Positions 1 to 11,560 of a stretch of 43,975 nt of DNA are shown in pieces. Numbering within the stretch: position 1 is the first letter of the stretch; every line of letters starts with the position of its first letter. The notes beneath the pieces are model-generated. The model was not told where the DNA came from. It worked only from the letters and a program-made list of their open reading frames with translations, and ran no database searches. The position numbers and the translations under genes were made by a program. Source of the DNA: Utricularia gibba (Eukaryota > Plantae > Magnoliophyta); NCBI GenBank assembly GCA_002189035.1, contig NEEC01000344.1, positions 1-43,975 on the forward strand. Direction: 5' to 3'.

Positions 1-389
1 TTACATGGTTTCTGAAGGAAAAGCTTGTCGTTTTTGGTTTGGTGCTTTCATTGGGAAGTTCATCCGGACCAAGGTTCGGTTCGACTCCTGAGCCCAATCG
101 GGTCCTATTCAACGAAAATCAACATGCATTTTTTGAAGTTAGGATGTCATGAGCACCCAAATGGTTTTCTCATCCACAAGTTTATATTTGAGGAGGCGCT
201 CTCGAGGGGCACCAGGATCGGGCTGGAGGTCGGGTCGGGCTCGGCCCATAGTCATTTGTAGCCCGGCAAAAAAAGTGATCCATTTATTAACGTTGGGTTT
301 TCGGCAGCTGCCTACATTGTTTCTGAAGGAAAAGCTTGTCGTTTTTGGGTGGGTGCTTTCGTTGGGAAGTTCATCCGGACCCAAGGTTC

Positions 390-400
390 GGTTCGACTCC
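390..400 (+). promoter_or_regulatory. Pol III B-box / tRNA T-loop-like motif GGTTCGACTCC (core present in nearly every monomer)
   Basis: Exact match to the GGTTCGANTCC consensus. No A box found upstream and the T-stem pairs only partly, so this is a sequence match only and function is unsupported. Confidence 0.25.
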
Positions 401-518
401 TGAGCCAAATCGGTCCTATTCGACGAAAATCGTGATGCATTTATTGAAGTTAGGATGTCATGAGCACCCCAAATGGTTTTCTCATCCACAAGCTTTATAT
501 TTGAGGAGGCGCTCTCGA

Positions 519-558
519 GGGGCACCAGGATCGGGCCGGAGGTCGGGTCGGGCTCGGG
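519..558 (+). other. Putative G-quadruplex motif (five G3+ tracts) in A-like monomers
   Basis: GGGG(519-522)-N10-GGG(533-535)-N9-GGG(545-547)-N2-GGG(550-552)-N3-GGG(556-558). Needs loops longer than the classical 7 nt. Confidence 0.3.
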
Positions 559-595
559 CCCATAGTCATTTGTAGCCCGGCAAAAAAAGTGATCC

Positions 596-3500
596 ATTTA
601 TTAACGTTGGGTTTTCGGCAGCTGCCTACATGGTTTCTGAAGGAAAAGCTTGTCGTTTTTGGGTGGGTGCTTTCGTTGGGAAGTTCATCCGGACCCAAGG
701 TTCGGTTCGACTCCTGAGCCCAATCGGGTCCTATTCAACGAAAATCGTGATGCATTTATTGAAGTTAGGATGTCATGAGCACCCCAAATGGTTTCTCATC
801 CACAAGCTTTATATTTGAGGAGGCGCTCTCGAGGGGCACTAGGATCGGCCGGAGGTCGGGTCGAACTCGGGCCCATAGTCATTTGTAGCCGGCAAAAAAA
901 GTGATCCATTTATTAACGTTGGGTTTTCGGCAGCTGCCTACATGTTTCTGAAGGAAAAGCTTGTCTTTTTTGGGTGGGTGCTTTCGTTGGGAACTTCGTC
1001 CGACCCAAGGTTCGGTTCGACTCCCCCAATCGGGTCCTATTCGACGAAAATCGTGATGCATTTATTGAAGTTAGGATGTCATGAGCACCCAAATGGTTTT
1101 CTCATCCACAAGCTTTATATTTGAGGAGGCGCTCTCGAGGGGCACCAGGATCGGGCCGGAGGTCGGTCGGGCTCGGGCCCATAGTCATTTGTAGCCCGGG
1201 AAAAAAAGTGATCCATTTATTAACGTTGGGTTTTCGGCAGCTGCTACATGGTTTCTGAAGGAAAAGCTTGTCGTTTTTGGGTGGTGCTTTCGTTGGGAAG
1301 TTCATCCGGACCAAGGTTCGTTCGACTCCTGAGCCCAATCGGGTCCTATTCGACGAAAATCGTGATGCATTTTTTGAAGTTAGGATGTCATGAGCACCCC
1401 AAATGGTTTTCTCATCCACAAGCTTTATATTTGAGGAGGCGCTCTCGAGGGGCACCAGGATCGGCCGGAGGTCGGGTCGGGCTCGGGCCCATAGTCATTT
1501 GTAGCCCGGCAAAAAAAGTGATCCATTTATTAACGTTGGGTTTTCGGCAGCTGCCTACATTGTTTCTGAAGGAAAAGCTTGTCGTTTTTGGTGGGTGCTT
1601 TCGTTGGGAAGTTCATCCGGACCCAAGGTTCGGTTCGACTCCTGAGCCAATCGGGTCCTATTCGACGAAAATCGTGATGCATTTATTGAAGTTAGGATGT
1701 CATGAGCACCCCAAATGGTTTTCTCATCCACAAGCTTTATATTTGAGGAGGCGCTCTCGAGGGGCACTAGGATCGGCCGGAGGTCGTCGAAATCGGGCCC
1801 ATAGTCATTTGTAGCCCGGCAAAAAAAGTGATCCATTTATTAACGTTGGGTTTTCGGCAGCTGCCTACATTGTTTCTGAAGGAAAAGCTTGTCGTTTTTG
1901 GTGGGTGCTTTCGTTGGGAAGTTCATCCGGACCCAAGGTTCGGTTCGACTCCTGAGCCCAATCGGGTCCTATTCAACGAAAATCGTGATGCATTTATTGA
2001 AGTTAGGATGTCATGAGCACCCCAAATGGTTTTCCAACCACAACTTTTTATTTGAGGAGGCGCTCTCGAGGGGCACTAGGATCGGGCCGGAGGTCTTCGA
2101 ACTCGGGCCCATAGTCATTTGTAGCCCGGCAAAAAAAGTGATCCATTTATTAACGTTGGGTTTTCGGCAGCTGCCTACATGGTTTCTGAAGGAAAAGCTT
2201 GTCGTTTTTGGGTGGGTGCTTTGTTGGGAAGTTCATCCGGACCCAAGGTTCGTTCGACTCCTGAGCCAAATCGGTCTATTCGACGAAAATCGTGATGCAT
2301 TTATTGAAGTTAGGATGTCATGAGCACCCAAATGGTTTTCTCATCCACAAGCTTTATATTTGAGGAGGCGCTCTCGAGGGGCACCAGGATCGGCCGGAGG
2401 TCGGTCGGGCTCGGGCCCATAGTCATTTGTAGCCCGGGAAAAAAGTGATCCATTTATTAACGTTGGGTTTTCGGCAGCTGCTTACATGGTTTCTGAAGGA
2501 AAAGCTTGTCGTTTTTGGTTGGTGCTTTCATTGGGAAGTTCATCCGGACCAAGGTTCGGTTCGACTCCTGAGCCCAATCGGGTCCTATTCAACGAAAATC
2601 GTGATGCATTTATTGAAGTTAGGATGTCATGAGCACCCCAAATGGTTTTCTCAACCACAAGCTTTATATTTGAGGAGGCGCTCTCGAGGGGCACTAGGAT
2701 CGGCCGGAGGTCGTCGAAATCGGGCCATAGTCATTTGTAGCCCGGCAAAAAAAGTGATCCATTTATTAACGTTGGGTTTTCGGCAGCTGCCTACATTGTT
2801 TCTGAAGGAAAAGCTTGTCGTTTTTGGGTGGGTGCTTTCGTTGGGAAGTTCATCCGGACCCAAGGTTCGTTCGACTCCTGAGCCCATCGGGTCCTATTCG
2901 ACGAAAATCGTGATGCATTTATTGAAGTTAGGATGTCATGAGCACCCCAAATGGTTTTCTCAACCACAACTTTTTATTTGAGGAGGCGCTCTCGAGGGGC
3001 ACTAGGATCGGGCCGGAGGTCATTCGGGCTCGGGCCCATAGTCATTTGTAGCCCGGCAAAAAAGTGATCCATTTATTAACGTTGGGTTTTCGGCAGCTGC
3101 CTACATGGTTTCTGAAGGAAAAGCTTGTCTTTTTTGGGTGGGTGCTTTCGTTGGGAAGTTTCGTCCGACCCAAGTTTTTCGACTCCTGAGCCAAATCGGG
3201 TCCTATTCACGAAAATCGTGATGCATTTATTGAAGTTAGGATGTCATGAGCACCCCAAATGGTTTTCTCATCCACAAGCTTTATATTTGAGGAGGCGCTC
3301 TCGAGGGGCACAGGATCGGGCCGGAGGTCGGTCGGGCTCGGGCCCATAGTCATTTGTAGCCCGGGAAAAAAAGTGATCCATTTATTAACGTTGGGTTTTC
3401 GGCAGCTGCTTACATGGTTTCTGAAGGAAAAGCTTGTCGTTTTTGGTTGGTGCTTTCATTGGGAAGTTCATCCGGACCCAAGGTTCGGTTCGACTCCTGA

Positions 3501-6500
3501 GCCCAATCGGGTCCTATTCAACGAAAATCGTGATGCATTTATTGAAGTTAGGATGTCATGAGCACCCAAATGGTTTTCTCAACACAAGCTTTTTATTTGA
3601 GGAGGCGCTCTCGAGGGGCACTAGGATCGGCCGGAGGTCGTCGATCGGGCCATAGTCATTTGTAGCCCGGCAAAAAAAGTGATCCATTTATTAACGTTGG
3701 GTTTTCGGCAGCTGCCTACATTGTTTCTGAAGGAAAAGCTTGTCGTTTTTGGGTGGGTGCTTTCGTTGGGAAGTTCATCCGGACCCAAGGTTCGTTCGAC
3801 TCCTGAGCCCAATCGGGTCCTATTCGACGAAAATCGTGATGCATTTATTGAAGTTAGGATGTCATGAGCACCCCAAATGGTTTTCTCAACCACAGCTTTT
3901 ATTTGAGGAGGCGCTCTCGAGGGGCACTAGGATCGGGCCGGAGGTCTTCGAACTCGGGCCCATAGTCATTTGTAGCCCGGCAAAAAAAGTGATCCATTTA
4001 TTAACGTTGGGTTTTTCGGCAGCTGCCTACATGGTTTCTGAAGGAAAAGCTTGTCTTTTTTGGGTGGGTGCTTTCGTTGGGAAGTTCGTCCGGACCCAAG
4101 TTTCGGTTCGACTCCTGAGCCAAATCGGGTCCTATTCAACGAAAATCGTGATGCATTTATTGAAGTTAGGATGTCATGAGCACCCCAAATGGTTTTCTCA
4201 TCCACAAGCTTTATATTTGAGGAGGCGCTCTCGAGGGGCACCAGGATCGGGCCGGAGGTCGGGTCGGGCTCGGGCCCATAGTCATTTGTAGCCCGGGAAA
4301 AAAAGTGATCCATTTATTAACGTTGGGTTTTCGGCAGCTGCCTACATGGTTTCTGAAGGAAAAGCTTGTCGTTTTTGGTTGGGTGCTTTCATTGGGAAGT
4401 TCATCCGGACCAAGGTTCGGTTCGACTCCTGAGCCCAATCGGGTCCTATTCAACGAAAAATCGTGATGCATTTTTTGAAGTTAGGATGTCATGAGCACCC
4501 CAAATGGTTTCTCATCCACAAGCTTTATATTTGAGGAGGCGCTCTCGAGGGGCACCAGGATCGGCCGGAGGTCGGGTCGGGCTCGGGCCCATAGTCATTT
4601 GTAGCCCGGCAAAAAAAGTGATCCATTTATTAACGTTGGGTTTTCGGCAGCTGCCTACATGTTTCTGAAGGAAAAGCTTGTCGTTTTTGGTGGGTGCTTT
4701 CGTTGGGAAGTTCGTCCGACCCAAGTTTCGGTTCGACTCCTGAGCCAAATCGGTCTATTCGACGAAAATCGTGATGCATTTATTGAAGTTAGGATGTCAT
4801 GAGCACCCCAAATGGTTTTTCATCCACAAGCTTTATATTTGAGGAGGCGCTCTCGAGGGGCACCAGGATCGGGCCGGAGGTCGGTCGGGCTCGGGCCCAT
4901 AGTCATTTGTAGCCCGGGAAAAAAAGTGATCCATTTATTAACGTTGGGTTTTCGGCAGCTGCCTACATGGTTTCTGAAGGAAAAGCTTGTCGTTTTGGTT
5001 GGTGCTTTCGTTGGGAAGTTCATCCGGACCAAGGTTCGGTTCGACTCCTGAGCCCAATCGGGTCCTATTCAACGAAAATCGTGATGCATTTATTGAAGTT
5101 AGGATGTCATGAGCACCCCAAATGGTTTTCTCATCCACAAGCTTTATATTTGAGGAGGCGCTCTCGAGGGGCACCAGGATCGGGCCGGAGGTCGGGTCGG
5201 GCTCGGGCCCATAGTCATTTGTAGCCCGGCAAAAAAAGTGATCCATTTATTAACGTTGGGTTTTCGGCAGCTGCCTACATGTTTCTGAAGGAAAAGCTTG
5301 TCGTTTTTGGGTGGGTGCTTTCGTTGGGAAGTTCGTCCGGACCCAAGGTTCGGTTCGACTCCTGAGCCAAATCGGGTCCTATTCGACGAAAATCGTGATG
5401 CATTTATTGAAGTTAGGATGTCATGAGCACCCCAAATGGTTTTCTCATCCACAAGCTTTATATTTGAGGAGGCGCTCTCGAGGGGCACCAGGATCGGGCC
5501 GGAGGTCGGTCGGGCTCGGGCCCATAGTCATTTGTAGCCCGGGAAAAAAAGTGATCCATTTATTAACGTTGGGTTTTCGGCAGCTGCTTACATGTTTTCT
5601 GAAGGAAAAGCTTGTCGTTTTTGGGTGGGTGCTTTCGTTGGGAAGTTCATCCGGACCCAAGGTTCGGTTCGACTCCTGAGCCCAATCGGGTCCTATTCGA
5701 CGAAAATCGTGATGCATTTATTGAAGTTAGGATGTCATGAGCACCCAAATGGTTTTCTCATCCACAAGCTTTATATTTGAGGAGGCGCTCTCGAGGGGCA
5801 CCAGGATCTGGCCGGAGGTCGGGTCGGGCTCGGGCCCATAGTCATTTGTAGCCCGGCAAAAAAGTGATCCATTTATTAACGTTGGGTTTTCGGCAGCTGC
5901 CTACATTGTTTCTGAAGGAAAAGCTTGTCGTTTTTGGTGGGTGCTTTCGTTGGGAAGTTCATCCGGACCCAAGGTTCGTTCGACTCCTGAGCCCAATCGG
6001 GTCCTATTCAACGAAAATCGTGATGCATTTATTGAAGTTAGGATGTCATGAGCACCCCAAATGGTTTTCTCATCCACAAGCTTTATATTTGAGGAGGCGC
6101 TCTCGAGGGGCACTAGGATCGGCCGGAGGTCGGTCGATCGGGCCCATAGTCATTTGTAGCCCGGCAAAAAAGTGATCCATTTATTAACGTTGGGTTTTCG
6201 GCAGCTGCCTACATTGTTTTCTGAAGGAAAAGCTTGTCGTTTTTGGGTGGGTGCTTTCGTTGGGAAGTTCATCCGGACCCAAGGTTCGGTTCGACTCCTG
6301 AGCCCAATCGGGTCCTATTCAACGAAAATCGTGATGCATTTATTGAAGTTAGGATGTCATGAGCACCCCAAATGGTTTTCAACCACAACTTTTTATTGAG
6401 GAGGCGCTCTCGAGGGGCACTAGGATCGGGCCGGAGGTCATAGTCATTTGTAGCCCGGCAAAAAAAGTGATCCATTTATTAACGTTGGGTTTTCGGCAGC

Positions 6501-9500
6501 TGCCTACATGTTTCTGAAGGAAAAGCTTGTCGTTTTTTGGGTGGGTGCTTTCGTTGGGAAGTTCATCCGGACCCAAGGTTCGGTTCGACTCCTGAGCCCA
6601 ATCGGGTCCTATTCGACGAAAATCGTGATGCATTTATTGAAGTTAGGATGTCATGAGCACCCCAAATGGTTTTCTCATCCACAAGCTTTATATTTGAGGA
6701 GGCTCTCGAGGGGCACCAGGATCGGGCCGGAGGTCGGTCGGGCTCGGGCCCATAGTCATTTGTAGCCCGGGAAAAAAAGTGATCCATTTATTAACGTTGG
6801 GTTTTCGGCAGCTGCTTACATGGTTTCTGAAGGAAAAGCTTGTCGTTTTGGTGGGTGCTTTCGTTGGGAAGTTCATCCGGACCAAGGTTCGGTTCGACTC
6901 CTGAGCCCAATCGGGTCCTATTCAACGAAAATCGTGATGCATTTATTGAAGTTAGGATGTCATGAGCACCCCAAATGGTTTCTCAACCACAAGCTTTTAT
7001 TTGAGGAGGCGCTCTCGAGGGGCACTAGGATCGGCCGGAGGTCGGGTCGGGCTCGGGCCCATAGTCATTTGTAGCCCGGCAAAAAAAGTGATCCATTTAT
7101 TAACGTTGGGTTTTCGGCAGCTGCCTACATGTTTCTGAAGGAAAAGCTTGTCTTTTTTTTGGGTGGGTGCTTTCGTTGGGAAGTTCATCCGGACCCAAGG
7201 TTCGGTTCGACTCCTGAGCCAAATCGGTCCTATTCGACGAAAATCGTGATGCATTTATTGAAGTTAGGATGTCATGAGCACCCCAAATGGTTTTCTCATC
7301 CACAAGCTTTATATTGAGGAGGCTCTCGAGGGGCACTAGGATCGGGCCGGAGGTCGGTCGGGCTCGGGCCCATAGTCATTTGTAGCCCGGGAAAAAAGTG
7401 ATCCATTTATTAACGTTGGGTTTTCGGCAGCTGCTTACATGGTTTCTGAAGGAAAAGCTTGTCGTTTTTGGTTGGTGCTTTCGTTGGGAAGTTCATCCGA
7501 CCAAGGTTCGGTTCGACTCCTGAGCCAATCGGGTCCTATTCGACGAAAATCGTGATGCATTTATTGAAGTTAGGATGTCATGAGCACCCCAAATGGTTTT
7601 CTCATCCACAAGCTTTATATTTGAGGAGGCGCTCTCGAGGGGCACCAGGATCGGCCGGAGGTCGGGTCGGGCTCGGGCCCATAGTCATTTGTAGCCCGGC
7701 AAAAAAAGTGATCCATTTATTAACGTTGGGTTTTCGGCAGCTGCCTACATGTTTCTGAAGGAAAAGCTTGTCGTTTTTGGGTGGGTGCTTTCGTTGGGAA
7801 GTTCATCCGGACCCAAGGTTCGGTTCGACTCCTGAGCCCAATCGGGTCCTATTCAACGAAAATCGTGATGCATTTATTGAAGTTAGGATGTCATGAGCAC
7901 CCCAAATGGTTTCTCATCCACAAGCTTTATATTTGAGGAGGCGCTCTCGAGGGGCACTAGGATCGGCCGGAGGTCGGGTCGAAATCGGGCCCATAGTCAT
8001 TTGTAGCCCGGCAAAAAAAGTGATCCATTTATTAACGTTGGGTTTTCGGCAGCTGCCTACATTGTTTCTGAAGGAAAAGCTTGTCGTTTTTGGTGTGCTT
8101 TCGTTGGGAAGTTCATCCGGACCCAAGGTTCGGTTCGACTCCTGAGCCCAATCGGGTCCTATTCAACGAAAATCGTGATGCATTTATTGAAGTTAGGATG
8201 TCATGAGCACCCCAAATGGTTTTCTCAACCACAACTTTTTATTTGAGGAGGCGCTCTCGAGGGGCACTAGGATCGGCCGGAGGTCTTCGAACTCGGGCCC
8301 ATAGTCATTTGTAGCCCGGCAAAAAAAGTGATCCATTTATTAACGTTGGGTTTTCGGCAGCTGCCTACATGGTTTCTGAAGGAAAAGCTTGTCGTTTTTG
8401 GGTGGGTGCTTTGTTGGGAACTTCGTCCGACCCAAGGTTTGTTCGACTCCTGAGCCAAATCGGTCCTATTCGACGAAAATCGTGATGCATTTATTGAAGT
8501 TAGGATGTCATGAGCACCCAAATGGTTTTCTCATCCACAAGCTTTATATTTGAGGAGGCGCTCTCGAGGGGCACCAGGATCGGGCCGGAGGTCAGGTCGG
8601 GCTCGGGCCCATAGTCATTTGTAGCCCGGGAAAAAATCATTTATTAACGTTGGGTTTTCGGCAGCTGCTTACATGGTTTCTGAAGGAAAAGCTTGTCGTT
8701 TTTGGTTGGTGCTTTCATTGGGAAGTTCATCCGGACCCAAGGTTCGGTTCGACTCCTGAGCCCAATCGGGTCCTATTCAACGAAAATCGTGATGCATTTA
8801 TTGAAGTTAGGATGTCATGAGCACCCCAAATGGTTTTCTACCACAACTTTTTATTTGAGGAGGCGCTCTCGAGGGGCACTAGGATCGGCCGGAGGTCCGA
8901 AATCGGGCCCATAGTCATTTGTAGCCGGCAAAAAAAGTGATCCATTTATTAACGTTGGGTTTTCGGCAGCTGCCTACATTGTTTCTGAAGGAAAAGCTTG
9001 TCGTTTTTGGGTGGGTGCTTTCGTTGGGTTCATCCGGACCCAAGGTTCGGTTCGACTCCTGAGCCCATCGGGTCCTATTCGACGAAAATCGTGATGCATT
9101 TATTGAAGTTAGGATGTCATGAGCACCCAAATGGTTTTCTCCACAAGCTTTTATTTGAGGAGGCGCTCTCGAGGGGCACTAGGATCGGGCCGGAGGTCTT
9201 CGCTCGGGCCCATAGTCATTTGTAGCCCGGCAAAAAAAGTGATCCATTTATTAACGTTGGGTTTTCGGCAGCTGCCTACATGGTTTCTGAAGGAAAAGCT
9301 TGTCGTTTTTGGGTGGGTGCTTTCGTTGGGAAGTTCCCGGACCCAAGTTTCGGTTCGACTCCTGAGCCCAATCGGGTCCTATTCAACGAAAATCGTGATG
9401 CATTTATTGAAGTTAGGATGTCATGAGCACCCCAAATGGTTTTCTCATCCACAAGCTTTATATTTGAGGAGGCGCTCTCGAGGGGCACCAGGATCGGGCC

Positions 9501-11400
9501 GGAGGTCGGGTCGGGCTCGATAGTCATTTGTAGCCCGGGAAAAAAAGTGATCCATTTATTAACGTTGGGTTTTCGGCAGCTGCTTACATGGTTTCTGAAG
9601 GAAAAGCTTGTCGTTTTTGGTGGTGCTTTCGTTGGGAAGTTCATCCGGACCAAGGTTCGGTTCGACTCCTGAGCCCAATCGGGTCCTATTCAACGAAAAT
9701 CGTGATGCATTTTTTGAAGTTAGGATGTCATGAGCACCCAAATGGTTTTCTCATCCACAAGCTTTTATTTGAGGAGGCGCTCTCGAGGGGCACCAGGATC
9801 GGGCCGGAGGTCGGGTCGGGCTCGGGCCATAGTCATTTGTAGCCCGGCAAAAAAGTGATCCATTTATTAACGTTGGGTTTTCGGCAGCTGCCTACATTGT
9901 TTCTGAAGGAAAAGCTTGTCGTTTTTGGGTGGGTGCTTTCGTTGGGAAGTTCGTCCGACCCAAGTTTCGGTTCGACTCCTGAGCCAATCGGTCTATTCGA
10001 CGAAAATCGTGATGCATTTATTGAAGTTAGGATGTCATGAGCACCCCAAATGGTTTTCTCATCCACAAGCTTTATTTTGAGGAGGCGCTCTCGAGGGGCA
10101 CCAGGATCGGGCCGGAGGTCGGTCGGGCTCGGGCCCATAGTCATTTGTAGCCCGGCAAAAAAAGTGATCCATTTATTAACGTTGGGTTTTCGGCAGCTGC
10201 CTACATGGTTTCTGAAGGAAAAGCTTGTCGTTTTGGTTGGGTGCTTTCGTTGGGAAGTTCATCCGGACCCAAGGTTCGGTTCGACTCCTGAGCCAATCGG
10301 GTCCTATTCGACGAAAATCGTGATGCATTTTTTGAAGTTAGGATGTCATGAGCACCCCAAATGGTTTTCTCATCCACAAGCTTTATATTTGAGGAGGCGC
10401 TCTCGAGGGGCACCAGGATCGGGCCGGAGGTCGGGTCGGGCTCGGGCCCATAGTCATTTGTAGCCCGGCAAAAAAAGTGATCCATTTATTAACGTTGGGT
10501 TTTCGGCAGCTGCCTACATTGTTTCTGAAGGAAAAGCTTGTCGTTTTTTGGGTGGGTGCTTTCGTTGGGAAGTTCATCCGGACCCAAGGTTCGGTTCGAC
10601 TCCTGAGCCAAATCGGTCCTATTCGACGAAAATCGTGATGCATTTATTGAAGTTAGGATGTCATGAGCACCCCAAATGGTTTTCTCATCCACAAGCTTTA
10701 TATTTGAGGAGGCGCTCTCGAGGGGCAGGATCGGGCCGGAGGTCGGTCGGGCTCGGGCCCATAGTCATTTGTAGCCCGGGAAAAAAAGTGATCCATTTAT
10801 TAACGTTGGGTTTTCGGCAGCTGCTTACATGGTTTCTGAAGGAAAAGCTTGTCGTTTTTGGTTGGGTGCTTTCGTTGGGAAGTTCATCCGGACCAAGGTT
10901 CGGTTCGACTCCTGAGCCCAATCGGGTCCTATTCGACGAAAATCGTGATGCATTTATTGAAGTTAGGATGTCATGAGCACCCCAAATGGTTTCTCATCCA
11001 CAAGCTTTATATTTGAGGAGGCGCTCTCGAGGGGCACTAGGATCGGCCGGAGGTCGGTCGGGCTCGGGCCCATAGTCATTTGTAGCCCGGCAAAAAAAGT
11101 GATCCATTTATTAACGTTGGGTTTTCGGCAGCTGCCTACATTGTTTCTGAAGGAAAAGCTTGTCGTTTTTGGGTGGGTGCTTTCGTTGGGAAGTTCATCC
11201 GGACCCAAGGTTCGGTTCGACTCCTGCCCCAATCGGGTGAAAATCGTGATGCATTTATTGAAGTTAGGATGTCATGAGCACCCCAAATGGTTTTCTCATC
11301 CACAAGCTTTATATTTGAGGAGGCGCTCTCGAGGGGCACTAGGATCGGCCGGAGGTCGTCGAACTCGGGCCATAGTCATTTGTAGCCCGGCAAAAAAAAG
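596..11400 (+). repeat. Domain I: 20-monomer block (~6.19 kb) followed by a 17-monomer copy lacking one trimer
   Basis: CCCGGG sites pair at 1195/7386, 2433/8625 and 3360/9534 (offset ~6.19 kb), then 4292/9534 and 5538/10775 (offset ~5.24 kb). Uncommon alleles are shared at the same offset: TGCTTTGTTGGG 2217/8407 and GAGCCCATCGGG 2880/9061. Confidence 0.6.
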
Positions 11401-11560
11401 TGATCCATTTATTAACGTTGGTTTTTTCGGCAGCTGCTACATGTTTCTGGAAAAGCTTGTCGTTTTTGGGTGGGTGCTTCGTTGGGAACTTCGTCCGGAC
11501 CAAGGTCCTGAGCCAAATTATTTCATTTATTGAAGTTCTGAGCCATCCACAAGCTTTATA
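11221..11560 (+). other. Internally deleted and degraded monomers
   Basis: About 10 bp (CCTATTCGAC) is lost at ~11238. In the next monomer the two HindIII sites (11453, 11551) are 98 bp apart instead of ~158. Confidence 0.85.

Larger units (their letters stand above)
332..645 (+). repeat. Reference monomer (314 bp here, consensus ~315 bp), made of two diverged ~157-bp halves: 332-489 and 490-645
   Basis: HindIII sites at 332, 490 and 646. GTGATGCATTTATTGAAGTTAGG (432-454) matches GTGATCCATTTATTAACGTTGGG (589-611) at 19/23, exactly 157 bp apart. About 50% GC, with 19 CpG (obs/exp ~1 by hand count). Confidence 0.93.

Noticed and set aside
342-354. Telomere-like TTTTTGGGTGGGT
   Set aside because: Only two GGGT units, not a tandem telomeric tract, and variable between monomer classes.
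340-420. tRNA gene or tRNA-derived SINE around GGTTCGACTCC
   Set aside because: No A box, D arm, anticodon arm or acceptor stem can be folded, and the T stem pairs only partly. Kept only as an isolated B-box motif.
549-579. Hairpin CGGGCT ... AGCCCG as a terminator or structured RNA
   Set aside because: A 6-bp stem with a 19-nt loop is expected by chance in GC-rich sequence, and it is lost in B monomers without compensatory change.
332-645. Phased A/T tracts causing intrinsic DNA curvature
   Set aside because: Tracts at about +10, +94, +145, +250, +280 and +312 do not show a convincing 10-11 bp periodicity by eye.
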